Of a stretch of DNA of 64,000 nt, positions 10,823 through 23,860 are shown in pieces. The translations under genes were made by a program, and so were the position numbers. The notes below the pieces were generated by a model. That model was not told where the DNA came from. It did not search any database and was given only the letters and a program-made list of their open reading frames with translations. Each line of letters opens with the position of its first letter. The first letter of the stretch is position 1. Source of the DNA: Haplodiscus bocki (lineage: Eukaryota); assembly GCA_965655095.1 (NCBI GenBank), contig OZ296648.1:33542001-33606000 (forward strand). Reading direction: 5' to 3'.

Positions 10823-13325
10823 CTCTCGCTAGCTTTTGAGATGAATAATATCGCAGCGGAAAGAGTTTGTTTTTGTGTAAATGCTTCTCTCAATTTAACT
10901 AATAGTTTTCTCATGAGTGCAAATGCAAAGAGAAAGGCTCTTGTAATAGCTAATTCTTTGTACTCATGACGATCCAACGTAATTAAATAACGCTTCAGGC
11001 ATCTGTTCGTCAACAAGAGGCAGGAGTTGGTAATGTACAAGAATCGAGTAGACTTTCAAATTTTGCGACCAATAAAAAAACGTTTCGAATTCTGTCATAA
11101 ATTTAAACCCGATTGAATCCGGATCTCTGTTTTGATCGCACTCGAAGGCAATGCACCGACTCGAGCGTCGCTAATTCAAACAAAAGAAAGTCGCTGCGGA
11201 AATTGTTGAGACACTGACAGATCGCACAAAATGTGAAAGTTAATTTTTTTTGCAGATTTTCGGCTCCAGCAATGTATCAACTGCCTCGAAATTGAACTCA
11301 TTTTTTGCACCTCCATTTCATCAACCCAGTCGACTATTGCAATTTCCTTTTATCAGTCCACTCAGCTACCACATCATTTCAATTGTTTCCACACTGGAGG
11401 TTGGATTTCATTTTGTTGATTTCATCAGCTTCGTATCGAATGGTAGCGTTCAATTAGTCGATGTTGTTTTCTCAATTTATGGTTATTCGGTGTTTTTGAG
11501 CCTCCAATTACATCAGGACTTAAGCAACGACAGTTTGCGACTTAACTGTGAAAATAGAGTGGTAGTTATTCATAATCTCGTTGATCATTCGTGTTTGAAT
11601 GACGGGAGATTCAGTCTGATGCATCAGCCGTCCCTCAAGGTAAAGTTAATGAATTCCCATCACTGCTCACTTCAATTTCAGTTTTTGAGTAGTAAGTTTA
11701 TATTGTGAGATTGAAAAACACAATTAGTTCCCTGTAAAACAATTATTAAATCCTTTGATCCATTTGTGATGGTGATTTCAAACAGTATATATTTTTTACG
11801 AAGTTCTGAAGGCGGAATTTTCGCAGACCTATGTTGAGACTGTTTTTTATCACTAAGTTTTCTGATGTTAGGGGTCCTGCGGTGAAGGTTGGTTCGTATG
11901 AAGTGAAGTCGATTCTTGTGGGCTTTTCTTCAGTGCGATTACTACTAATTGTCAAATTCAGTGAACTTTCATCATATAGTTTCCGATTGGTATTGAAAAT
12001 GTATTGTTGTTAATAAATGGGAGTTTGAACGCTGAGATTTCGATCTAATCATGTCTATTAAGCCGTCTAAATTTCATCTACTTCCTCTATCTTTGTGTTC
12101 GGTAGCAAACAAATTCCTCGACAGAATCGTTTTCACTGGAGTTCACGCTGCTTCTTAAAAGTGGGTAGGGTTGAGGCCACTAACAGAAGAGGTTAAGCTC
12201 AGCAGAATATTTTTTTTACTAGAGATGCAGTAGTGTTTGAGAAATTGGCTTTTTGGTCCTTACCCCTCTTAACTCTCGCGTTGTTGGTACTTTTTGATTC
12301 GGTCTGCTGCGTCGCTCAGAAAAGACCCACTGGTGACAATTTTGTGACTTATTAATGTCGTTTTCACCGGATCATTCTTTCTCACCGACCACAATATGGA
12401 ACATCATTTTTGTCTCCTTGTAGAGTAAGGATGACAGCACGCCGAAAATGGCCCTCGATGCATGCACAAATTTGTATCATTTGTCTTGTTGTTTTTTTTT
12501 GAAGTTTTGGCGGTTTTCGCAAATTTTTGAAGTTTCGGCGGGGTAATCGGTTCTAAGAACTTACGGGAAGGACTCAGAGAACCCTTGTTGAATTCGACAA
12601 TACCCAAGATGTTACGCTGCTACAGTATTGTATATAAATCCACCCTTGCGCAAATATTTTGAGCAGTTGACGCCAAGGGATTCATTTTAGCAGACTATTG
12701 GTAATTTATGATGCAATCAAAAGAAATGGGTTGACTTTTATTGTAGAATCCATGAAGTGATTAAAAAAGATGGGTCGACTTGCAACTTGAGGTTAACACT
12801 CAACTCTTACAATCTTATTTAATTCAGAAAATCTTTTTTCTATAACGGTATCTGGACATTCGCCCACAATTTTTTTTATATTGGACGCACAATGAAGAAT
12901 CTTCAGTGGTCTTTATTTCTCTTAGAAAGCATTATCTAGTGGGTTGATATTTGGAATAAATTTGGTCATTAAATAGTTTTTCATTTCAATTTTGCCGCGT
13001 TCTTCCCGCAATTCGATCGCTCCTCATTGGAGTTTAATTTGGATGTCCGTATTTCCGAAGCAATGGGTGGTAATGACGACGCGATATGTGGCAGCGACAT
13101 TAATAACAATGAAAGTAACAAGGCATAGCTCCAAGTTCGATTACAAATTATGATGATACAAAATCATAAACTTGAAATTACAAGTTTTACACTCTCCCCA
13201 ATTTAGGCTACTACCCTCCCGAGTAGTCGTTGTTACAAAAATTAATTGAGACTTGCAGAACTCTCACTCACTGTCGTGGAACTAGTAATTGTTGTTGGTC
13301 ATAAGCCTTGGAAGTGGGTAAACGT

Positions 13326-13361
13326 TGCCCGCTGGAACATTCGTGCCCGCTGGAACATTCG
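13326..13361 (+). repeat. Perfect 18-bp tandem duplication
   Basis: tgcccgctggaacattcg x2. Confidence 0.9.
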
Positions 13362-13970
13362 AATGTCTACTCAGGGTCGAACCGGTGATTGCGGGTATAT
13401 CTCGAACGGTTTATATGGTGATGATTCACCATTCCTCATTAGCTCGTGCATTGGAACTCTCCAATAGTACGGCGTGGTCATGAGGTCTCCATCCAGTCTC
13501 AGAGCGTCCACTGCAGAGCAAAAAACTTCACGAAAGTGAGCATGAAGTTAGCATTTATCACTGCTAGGATATGCATTTTGAGGCAATTTTGCCATCTTTT
13601 GCCATTATGAAAAGTTCATTTTTTTTGTTACAACAAATGATGCTTCAAAAAACCGAATTTTGGTTGAACAAAAACTGATTTTTTTTATATATAAAATGGA
13701 AAACTCACTCTTCTGGTTGGATTCGGCAGCAAATTTGCTGAATTGTGGTAGAAAAAAATTAAGATCAGAATCGTGCAATTTTACTTATTGTGTAATTGGC
13801 ATACTTTATGTGAGACAACTTGAAATTTGATTGGATAATTTTGCTTCCAAATGTGAAGTAGGCGCGGAAAATAATAGCTAAATCAAATTGAATCGAAACT
13901 TGCATGAATCGAATAGATAATAAATTCATAAAATGGTAATGTAAAATAATTTGCATTAAGCATTTGCGAA

Positions 13971-15034
13971 TTAGAATAGCTGGCGTTCTCTTTTGAGAAT
14001 ATCTCGACGCCATCTGGGAAGTTTGTAAAACTCATGTTTACGGCACTGGAAAACTTCATAAAATTCATGGTCATTCAAATATTTTTCCAAGTTTTTTCTG
14101 TCCACACCATGTGGAAGTTTGGAGTTGGTGGTCTTCAGTTGTGCGTAGTCGTAGCATGGCCTGGTGTCGATAGAAAAGTGGGTCAACGAATCAGGGGAGC
14201 TTCGATCGTTACTGGACCCTGTTGTGGCTGTGCTGCCCCCACTACTGTTGCTTTTGTTGTCTTCCTGTAGGTGAATGTCTTCGTCATTCTCACAAATATT
14301 ACCACTATCTTCTCCTGAACCTCTTCTTTCGCTAGCCTTGTCTGCAGCATGTTCATCGATTGATAGAAACTCGTTCTCTAGTTCCGACTCTATGATAGTC
14401 GGTTCTCGTGAAATCAGCCGACTAGGTTGCATTTTTCTTCTACCAGAGTACAATCCGCTTCGTAGAGGTCTACCACTCAACCGACTTTGTTGCTGGTACT
14501 TTAAGAGGGTCATTCTTAATGCGAATTCGCTTTGTTCATTGTTGTTATTGTTGTGAAAAGGTAATGGAATTCTTGTGTTCAGTTTGGGTTGGTGTGGCTC
14601 TTTGCTTCGGTGGTGCTGGGTTGAAATATCGGGAACGAGTCTTTTGCTTTCGGTGTGAAGGTACGAAGCGTGAGTATAGCACTTTTTAGGACTCTGATCA
14701 CTTATCGGTGGCTTTAGAATGGGCAGTCGAGATTGTTGTGGGTTCGCGAAGCTGTTTGTGTTCCCTCCTCCTGTAGCAGGTACTTTAAGATAATCATCAT
14801 CATCGTAATTTAAACTCATCACTGATTGTGTGTGTTCATCTGAAGAAGTAGCTGAGGAGTACCCACTGTTGTTAGTTGTTGTAGGGATGTAAGATACTGA
14901 GTTGTTGTTATTTGTTGTATTGCTGAAATCGGAGTGTTCAAACGCAAGTCTTTTCTGTGCACCTGTTATGTAATTTTCCATTTGTTTGATTGATTTGCGT
15001 AGCGTCGAACACATCGGATGCCAGATCTCATCAC
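13971..15034 (-). CDS. ABLIM: abLIM exon 5 (end of LIM4, disordered region, villin headpiece)
   Basis: Acceptor atttcag|GT gives DMLTEGDEIWHPMC. C-terminus GVDRKNLEKYLNDHEFYEVF...EFYKLPRWRRDILKRERQLF* is a villin headpiece. Total CDS 517+323+414+421+1064=2739 nt = 912 aa plus stop. Confidence 0.93.
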
Positions 15035-15824
15035 CTGAAATAAATTACATAACTCTTCAACTCGTCAAGGAAAATTTTGTGTTGCTGTATGGAATAACTT
15101 AATGGGAGATGTGAATGCGCAATGCATTTCCAAGGTCGCATTCCTCGTGCCAGACATTTTCAACGTCCAATTCTCTGCGTCCAATTCTCTGCCAGAAAGT
15201 GAAAGGTGTCTCGTTATGCCTGGATAATTTTGGCACTTTTCCTTTTCTACGCAGACATAAAATTTGAAATTCCGTTTCATTTCCTTCACGAAAGCTGGAA
15301 AAGTTATTGATATGACAGACATGATAGGACACACCTCGAGTACAGTGAATTTTGGAGGATATCCTTTTTGATAGTTTGTCGTTTTCAAGATTATTTTGAT
15401 TGATTTCATTGATGAATTGAGTAATAATTGTGTATTTTGGTTAAATTTTCTCAAAACTTCTAAATTCACGAGATACCTGTGCAAATTAGCTACTTTGTCT
15501 CTGCTGAAGGCATAGATGCTGTGTTTTTTCGATCTTAAAATTTTCCTCTAGTTCAATTTTGAATACACCGTTTTCTACTGAACTTTGAGCCTTGTTTGTC
15601 GTAACTTGCAGCAAATGATTATACAACACGTTCGGCTAATTCTGGGATAAATTTCGCCGCTTCCAGATTGTTGCAAGATTCTTTTCAAAATGAAATTCAA
15701 GAATGCCAATTGAAATGAATTCAAAAACGGTGAAAACGAATGCTTGGAATAATGCCTCGAAAGATTTTGTCATATTGGTATAAGGTCGGAAAATAAGATT
15801 TTTGTTAAATCATATAGCCCTGAC

Positions 15825-16245
15825 CTTCGGTGAGCATATCCTGGCCCTGTTTGAAATGACCTCCGCAGACTGAACAAAAAGCGCATCCTGGGTGATATCG
15901 TTTATTGGCAACCGTGACCATAGTGCCAATGATTAGTTGTTCACATGTTAGACAAGTCACGTCACAATGTTTCTTGTAGCACCGCAGACAATGAGGCAAG
16001 TTCTCCTTGCCGCCGAAGAAAAATTCTTCTGATATGACTATGTTGCACTTTGAGCACCTGAAGCACATTCTGTGGAATGTCTTTTCTCCCAGCGTTCCTT
16101 TGATCGCAGAGGAGGAGGGAGACGATGGCGCAGTTGGAGAGGAAGCGTTTGTGGACAGGGTAACTTCCCCGGGCATAATGGGTTTCAAACATCCCTGACA
16201 CGTCTTCAGTTTTTCTGTGCAGTTGGTGCATGAACTGCATATTAC
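15825..16245 (-). CDS. ABLIM: abLIM exon 4 (end of LIM2, LIM3, most of LIM4)
   Basis: Acceptor atttcag|GTA gives VICSSC. Encodes CQGC...HRMCFRCSKC...CLRC and CLTC...HPGCAFCSVC. Donor G|GTCAGG, phase 1. Confidence 0.9.
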
Positions 16246-16454
16246 CTGAAATGCAACTGTTGTTTCTCCACACTGAAAAATAAAATGAAAGCAAGTAAAA
16301 GGAATTAGTAGCTATTGGTATTAAATGGCATCAAACGATAAAAGTAGCCGAAATTTTCCCCCTGATTCGAACATTTCTATCGTTCGACAATCTACTCTTG
16401 GATTGAGTTGAGCTCAAAATTACTCAAATTTGGTCTTGTTCCGAGAGATAGAAA

Positions 16455-16530
16455 GAGGAGTAGTTGTATATAAGACGTCAGCCTGAGCATCGAAAATTGA
16501 AAGGTTGCAGGTTCGATTTCAAACATGTCA
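16455..16530 (+). mobile_element. Degenerate tRNA-derived SINE head in abLIM intron 3
   Basis: B-box-like aggttgcaGGTTCGATTTC (16510-16520). Weak A-box, no full cloverleaf. Confidence 0.35.
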
Positions 16531-16828
16531 TGCCTCCTTTTTAATTGAGTGTAATTTAGTTCGACGAAGGTGAAAACTCCTGAATCCCTGATTTCTCATC
16601 AAAGTTGTTCACAGATATTTTGTGTCCGTGCTATTGGCGATCATACTAATGGGAAAGGATGTACTTCTTCAATACTCGTAACTTGGGATTGCTGCATGTC
16701 TTGCTGCAAAAACTACAGCAGCCGGTTCTATACCCTGTACTTACTCTATCAATGCCTCACACTTGCTTCAAGGTAACGTGAGCTCTAACATTTTCAAATT
16801 TTATATATTTTCAATTGAAGGTACTTAC

Positions 16829-17242
16829 TCGCTTGGATTCAATGTTGACATGTTGGCCCATTTTGGGTTGTCTGCCACAACGGAGGCAAGTAAAACAATG
16901 TGCGTGGAATAATCGGCCCATCACTACCAAAGAATCGGTTGACGCTGGGTCCACTTTCAGTTCACAGATGTAACAGAAAGTCATTTTATCTGCTGCAGCA
17001 AGAGTGCCTCTGTACGGCAATGTACACACATCTGCGTTAGGAGGTGCTGGGCAGCTCACTGAGAAGGATGACGTCACGCGATGTGCCGGCGTCTGATTGG
17101 TCTGTTGAAATTTGGGCTGTGGCTGCTGCGGTTGATATCTGGCTTGATTGTGAATGTTCGGGTTCGGGAATTGCTGTTTTCTCGTTTCGGCTTCTAACAC
17201 ACGATGATAATCTTTCACGCACATGAATTTCTTGTTATGCTC
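16829..17242 (-). CDS. ABLIM: abLIM exon 3 (end of LIM1, Q/P-rich linker, most of LIM2)
   Basis: Acceptor ttcatag|GAG gives EHNKKFMCVKDY, completing LIM1. Encodes CYIC...HAHCFTCLRC. Donor CGA|GTAAGT, phase 0. Confidence 0.9.
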
Positions 17243-17430
17243 CTATGAACAAAACATGAGATCAGTCAGCTGACTAGCAGTATTAATAACAAAGTTTATT
17301 AGTTTAATTTTAACTGGGTATGGCTGGGTGAAGTAATTAGTTCAAAACAGAAAATCGAGAACTAGGGTATGTTTTTTAGTCGCCGAGACTTTCTCCTCTG
17401 TTGGTGTTTTTGTGGGTCTTTTGACTGCCG

Positions 17431-18588
17431 TGTAGAAATTTAATAGTCCGGCCTGTACGGCTGGTTGCCCAGATAACCGGCGAAAGTTGGGTATTATACG
17501 TGTTAATCCCTAATCCCCGTGGCGAGAATTTCTAATGGCAGTTAAAAGATAGGAAAAGATGTACTAGGCGTTGTCTTACAAGACGTCTCAGTTTCATTTT
17601 AACTGAATTAATCAGCCCATTCTGGTTGTAAATGCTCAATAATTGACAAAGGTAGAGCTGTACTGATAGAGATAGATTGCGAGAAATACCTGTATCTCAT
17701 TGAGTTACAGATGCGTGCTGGATGAAATAAGCTATCGAACGAGGTATTCAACTCGAGTCTCAGGTCCCCAGGTGAATTAGGGGGGTATGCAAGGGTAGGG
17801 TGGGGTTAATTTGGCTGATTGAGTAGGAGGGTCACGAGTAATTTTGGTAGAAAGGGTGCAGTAATATATTAGGACTGCACAGGCCTCGTATATAAGCATG
17901 GCAAAGTAAGACAATACATAAACAACTGATACAAATGATGTCGTATCAAATTTCTTCTTCCTTCTCTCTTACTGACGATAATAGCTTGAAGTGCTTTATG
18001 GTTTCAAATGGTGGACAAAGAAAAGGTGATATAACAACTTGCGAGCTGTTTCTAAGAATATACAAGTCAGCTCTCAGCTCCTTTTTTGCCTGGGCTGTCT
18101 ACTGCTACCGTAACAACTTACTACTTTTCTTAATTCTCGATTTTTTTCTTCTTGGGCTGCTGTTTTAGTCGCAGTCCCCCTGCTCGTTTTTCATCAGTCG
18201 CGGCTACACGAAGCAAGGTTAAATATTTGCTCGTTCTCTCGTTACAGACAGCACTCGCAATTCATAGCTGAGCTGTTTTCCATGTGTCCAAATCTCCTGA
18301 CGCGACCAATTCCCATAAATTTCCGTCTTTTTCCATTCGTAGGACATGGAGTAGTATGTCAACTATACTGGGGATATCATTTACCATTCTCTGACGTCAT
18401 TTTGCCGACCTTCATCGTCGTATATTAACCAAGATTCAACCACCCAATTAAAAAGCTGCGTTTCCATTAGCTTCGTCCATAAAGTCTCCCCGACTTAAGC
18501 TGATACGTTGGTCCACTAATTCACAAGTTGCCTATCTCGATTCTAAGCTCCTCCATAAATGGTGGTCTCGGAGCGCATCTTAACTACA
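17431..18588 (-). mobile_element. LTR-like segment in abLIM intron 2
   Basis: Bounded by TGTAG...CTACA inverted termini; non-coding, GC-richer block of ~1.16 kb. No TSD found. Confidence 0.3.
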
Positions 18589-20289
18589 TTTACCTTCGAA
18601 GCTAGACAATTTCATGTATATACTACCTAGAGATATGCGATAGTGAAGACACATGTGAAAATCGTGTTCATATTGGAATTGTCGAGCCTTCTTTTTCATG
18701 GTTGCACGTGACCGATGGAGCGAAGCGATTTTTCTTGAAATTTTTCGCCAATTTTTCCACAGTCTTTGATCGGGAATTAATAAGGGATACATCAACAAGC
18801 CGTAGTCTGAGCTGATTGAATTTTCTTGGCCGAAAGAAATACTGGAAAGACGGAGGAATAATGAAACGGCGTGAAAACACGAGGCATAATTCAGTCCCTA
18901 CTACTCAACGTACTTCACTATATTATGTATTTTAAGTCGTAATCTGCCTCTTTGCTTGGAGCTACTGTGGCCGCAAATGCGATTCTAAAAATGGAATCAT
19001 AATTTAGGCATTGAATTGAACTCTGTTGTCATACAACGCAGCACCGGTCCCATATCTCTTATGTGAACGACATTGTCAAACAAGATGAAAAGAAAATGTT
19101 TTCACTGCAGCCTTTGAACTTTACTCCATCGCGTTTCAAGCCCCCATTTTCCCCTTCCAAGAAGTAATCCCATCTCTAAAATTTTGATTTCCCACGTTTC
19201 CATTCTATACCACCAGTTTAGCCGACGTCATTCTCTCATATATAAGTATAGATACAAACACTTTCCTTCTCGAAAAAATTGTCTCACTTTGTCACCCTTT
19301 CCCCACCCTTCCCCATATTAAGAAATAATGACATCATTCGCTCCTCCTTCACCTCTGCTCATTTTTTCTGTGTCCATGTGCCTCGACATGTCCTTCGTTA
19401 CATATGTTATGTGTATGTCTCTTTATATGTCATATCCAACAGCAGACGTAACGCCAAATATCAATTCGAATCCTGCTTTGGTTGATATTGAAGTCTGTTG
19501 ATTCGGGAGCAGAGGTGCATTTTTTCAGCTGGTCCTCTCTAGCCGACGGTGGTCTACATCGGGTCTGGTCTACATGTATCGTCTGAATGTGTTTTCAAAA
19601 GGCGGCTTGACTTTTTACCGGATACTCTTGCTCTGCTAATTTGACTGGCGGAAATACATTAGAAAAACGGCTTCCTCGTTCCGTGAATTCCCTGTCTATC
19701 AATATATATTTCCTTTCCGTCTTGGTATTTTTATTTTCAAAATATTAAAAGTATTATAAATATAAAGATTGTTTCTCGTCACAGGATCTTGGATTTTTGG
19801 CTAGCTTTGGTCAACAAATTCGTGATTTTCCATTCTTCTTGTACCAAGACGAACAAGCGGGGAACAGCCGTAGTCGGCGTTCCCGGTACGATTCAACAAA
19901 TGTAAGCGAGGGCCACAAAAATTTTCGGTACCTGATTTTGGAAAAACTTGTATTGGGATTTCTGAGATTTTGGTTGTGGGATTTTGAATTTTGAAATTTT
20001 GTATTCTTGTACATAATATGTTACGTTTTCGGGCGTTGGATTGCCCTTTACAGGCGACCGATGGCCTAGAATACCAATCCTAAACTGTAGACTTTTTGTA
20101 AGTTTCCGTCGATTTCGAGTCTCAAAAAAACAAAAGCCACTGTAATAGTCGGGCACTTCTTCTTCTAAAAAGCGCTGACTAGAAAACGCCACTACGGAAT
20201 TGAATATCTTCCTTTCGAAATGTTTTTGACGGAAAAAAAAACTTTTCTTGAAGTAAAAACTATTCTCAAAATCGTAATCAAAATTTTTG

Positions 20290-20720
20290 AAAAATTGAGT
20301 AAAGACTGGGCTTCGAATCCATACCTGATGCTTCGGGTATGACTCAAAATACTCATAGGATAGAGTTGACTATGATATTTGCAAAAAATGTGTTTTGGTA
20401 TGATTTTTGGTATAATTGGTATAAAATATAAGTAAACATAGCTTATCCTGGGATTTAAACCTACCTGTTGATTCATTCGATTTTACTACGTACGAGAATA
20501 GATAGATTTTTGGTATAGTTTCCGGTATAAATGTGAAATATATAACCTATACCGGGGCTCCAACCCGTAACTTGTGGCTTCGGAACGATTTGGGTTTACC
20601 CACTGGGTCTTGCAATTATTGCAATTAAATCTTGAAAAATGCAATTAAGTATAGCCTCTACAAGTGTAGGAACCCGTGATCTTTGGCTTCGGAACTCTTT
20701 GAGTATCAGTGGAAGCAGTA
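20290..20720 (-). repeat. Composite repeat with tandem degenerate tRNA-like units, copy 1 (about 4 units)
   Basis: B-box-like units near 20305, 20450, 20555 and 20665. Spacers caaaatactcata..agagttga and tagattttt..tatagtttccggtata are shared with 23560-23860. Confidence 0.65.
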
Positions 20721-22799
20721 AATCTGCAGTACAAGGGGCTCGGAAAGTCACTCTAATAGTCGGGCTTGTTTAGTGCAATCTAGTGAAGGTAAGCAGGCTA
20801 GGCAGCGTGGCGATCAAATCACGTTACCAATCAAATCTGTCAGGACAAGCGGCTCGGAAAAGCGAAAAATCACTCCAATATTTGGGCTTGTTTACACGAG
20901 CGCACTGATGACTCCACGCACTGGGCTTGCATCATGACGTTCGCACTTTAGACACCGCGTCTTTGAGGAAATTTTGCTAGTAGTCATTTCTTTTAGTAAA
21001 CACTGACACCCTGGGTGATCGACACCCTGGATGAAAATACCCTAAAAAACTGAGAAAAAATCGATTTTTTTGTTTAATGTTGCTAGAGCAAAATGTAGGC
21101 ACGAAAGTTTCATGAATTTCTACGGTAAATATTAGATTGCTTTTATTTTTGAAATTTCAAACAACATGTTTTTCGAGCATGATTGATGCTACATTTTTGC
21201 CCGTTTGGCTCGAAACAGTACTAACCATAATGGAAAAGGAGCATCTGAATTTCCATGATTGATTTCGTTTCGGGTTTTTTTCTACGATAACACGTTTTTT
21301 ATGGAAATGCTTCCTTGAGATGCGAACGAGATCGAAATCAATCAGGTTGTTATGGCTGAAATTTTCAATAGAAGAATAAACGTTCATGCTGAGAGTCGCT
21401 GCAATTCGCTTATTTACGAAGCATTTCTGCACAAAACGTTGAGCTGGAATAGCTTGAGGAGTTAAGAATATTTGAAATTTTGGTGCTGATTTCTTTTTAA
21501 GGCGGCAACGACAGGCTTTTACCATCCACGTTTCTTTTTTGTCTGGCTGTTGCCAACTCCCTTAAATTATACTTACTTGCTTGATATTTTTTCATTTACT
21601 ATTTAAATTTGCCTGCTTCACTTACAGTAAACAGTCGGAATCGGTCGAAATCGTTGTAATGCACTAAAATTTTATGACGTTTTATGCGCAGTTTTGGTGG
21701 GCTCGGATTTTAAGAGTTTTTGAAAAAAAAATTCCACCAAACTCGTCTCTGAGGTTTGCAAACTTGCTGCTTGCAGTTGAACAACATCAAACATCAGTTA
21801 TAAGTTTTCGGCGGAGACTTAATTGCTAGTAAAAAGTTTCTTCGGTCCTATGTTATTATTATCTGAGACGCAGCGTTTTTCCTACATTCGAAATTTCTTC
21901 CCCTTATTCTTCACATTCCCTGTGCTACGTTTTGCTTAATGTTTTCGCAAGTGTTTTTGAAGGACAGGTTCGCTTCTGTGTTGATGGCGAGAGCGAAATA
22001 CTTTTATTGTACGTTGACTTTCTTTAGAATTGACATAACTGCAATTCGAAACGTCTGCCTCACTTGACATTGCTTGCAACCTCCCCACTGCTGCTTGCAG
22101 TGCATATATGGATGCCTTGTGTGGCTGCTAGATGGCCACGTTGACAATTTTAAATGTGAAGGGCTACCTTAACTAATTTTTTTAGACCCCGAGACTTTGT
22201 TTTCTTTTCGAATCGGTAATTTTTGCAGAACTGTATGGCTACTTTTTGCCTTTTTCTGGAAATTCTGCTGCTTGGATTTTGAAATAGTTTGGCACGCGTC
22301 AAACGCAAACCAATAGGAAGCGTCAATCTTGAAAGCATTTCCATTTTGAAAATTTTGTCGAAAATGGATTTTTTAACAGTTTGAATTACGCCTGAGCTAA
22401 TTTCGTGATTTTTTGTGAAGATTTCCCCACTTTTTTTTACATCAATTTTGTAGCTACTAGCCACAACTAATACGACATAGGAGACAACGCTAGTAAAGTA
22501 CAGCTATTCTCAAAACTTATTCCTATTGTATTCCAAGGGTTTAGAGTGTCGGAAAAAGCTATTTTTTCCACTGCTGTGATTTTTTCGCTATTTTGCTTAA
22601 TGCTCTTTAGTTACAAGTACAAACGATACCTTTGTTGAAGATCTCTTTCAGGTGAACTTAGGCGAAAAAAATAGCTGCCGAAGTCGGTAATAGTATTTCC
22701 GAGTCAGCAGAATTACCTGTTTTAGCATAAATTTTCCTTCTTTTTACTACGCATCCAGCTCAATTTGATTCATGGGGAATAAGTTTGAGCATTTTCTCA

Positions 22800-23500
22800 G
22801 AATCTGAAATTTTCGTCCCAGATGGTATTTTTAATGCTCTTGTTATCAGTTAAAAAAACCATCTTGCTACTTTTGTAAATCCCCAGTTCAGCAGTATTTC
22901 AAGCTTTAATCTTGTTTTAGTATCTGGTATTTTGAACCAAAACAGCCTCCCTGGATTGCCATCTTCTTCATTTGGTATCCAAAATTCGGTTTTTGGTTCT
23001 TGTGCTTTGATTTTCCAGCCCCGCCAGAAGAGGCCTATTTCGGTTAACACCGATTAAGTTCTTCTCTATCGAAGTGCATAATTGAGCAGATATGCTAAAA
23101 GCAGAGGACGTAAAAATTCTCCCAACTTTAAATGATTTCAAAATTGAAGACATTCTGATCTTGGCTGTAAAATTTTGTGAAACTTGTAGCTCTTCATTCT
23201 AACAAAGTTTTTCGCTGAATTAGTGGAAAAACCTCGGAAAATCTTTTGCAAATCGGTAAGATTTTGCAATCATCAAATTCGCTCCAAACAGTCAGAAGTA
23301 TTAGTTATACATCCCAATTTATCCACCATAATTTTTCCAAAAATGACCAAAAGGATATTTGCATGATGCCCTTTGCAGAATCCAAACTTTCTGAGCAGCT
23401 CCGATGTAGCCTTCGGCCGAAAATGAACAGTCGATTTGTGGTGTGCTCCCACCAAAAAAGGAAGAGTGGTGATGACAAAAGTTTCTATACCACCACCAAC
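22800..23500 (+). pseudogene. Probable decayed LRR gene fragment in abLIM intron 2 (antisense)
   Basis: LNQNSLPGLPSSSF (22932-22973), LVALHSNKVFR*ISGKTSENLLQIGKILQSSNSLQTV, and HHNFSKNDQKDICMMPF. Confidence 0.4.
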
Positions 23501-23559
23501 CTGTACACGAGGACATAGAAATTTCACCAAGCCAAAAATGACCAGAGTCGCCGCCGTCC

Positions 23560-23860
23560 GTATAGCTCAAAATACTCATACGACAGAGTTGATTTTGATG
23601 TTCGAAAAAAAATGCATTTTGGTATATTATTTGGTATAAAATGTACGAAAATAAAGCTTCTGCGGGGATTCCAACCCGTTACCTGTTGATGCTGTAGATT
23701 TTATATCACGATAATTCTGGACCAGATTTTTCGAAAATATGTAGATTTTTGATATAGTTTCCGGTATACATTGTTAAAAATTTATAGCTGCCAGTATTCG
23801 AACCCGCAACCTGTGGCTTCGGTACCCTTTTGTCCTACCCTCCAGGCCACTTGAACTGAT
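23560..23860 (-). repeat. Composite repeat with tRNA-Arg-like units, copy 2
   Basis: 23787-23850 reverse complement = gtggcctggagggtaggacaaaagggtaccgaagccacaggttgcgggttcgaatactggcagc, with A box and B box, resembling tRNA-Arg. Confidence 0.65.

Noticed and set aside
14034-14556. Plus-strand ORFs opposite abLIM exons (also 16007, 17044, 25252, 25460)
   Set aside because: Antisense shadows of the real coding exons.
23787-23850. Functional tRNA gene
   Set aside because: Acceptor and anticodon stems do not pair properly, and it is embedded in a repeat with more degenerate siblings.
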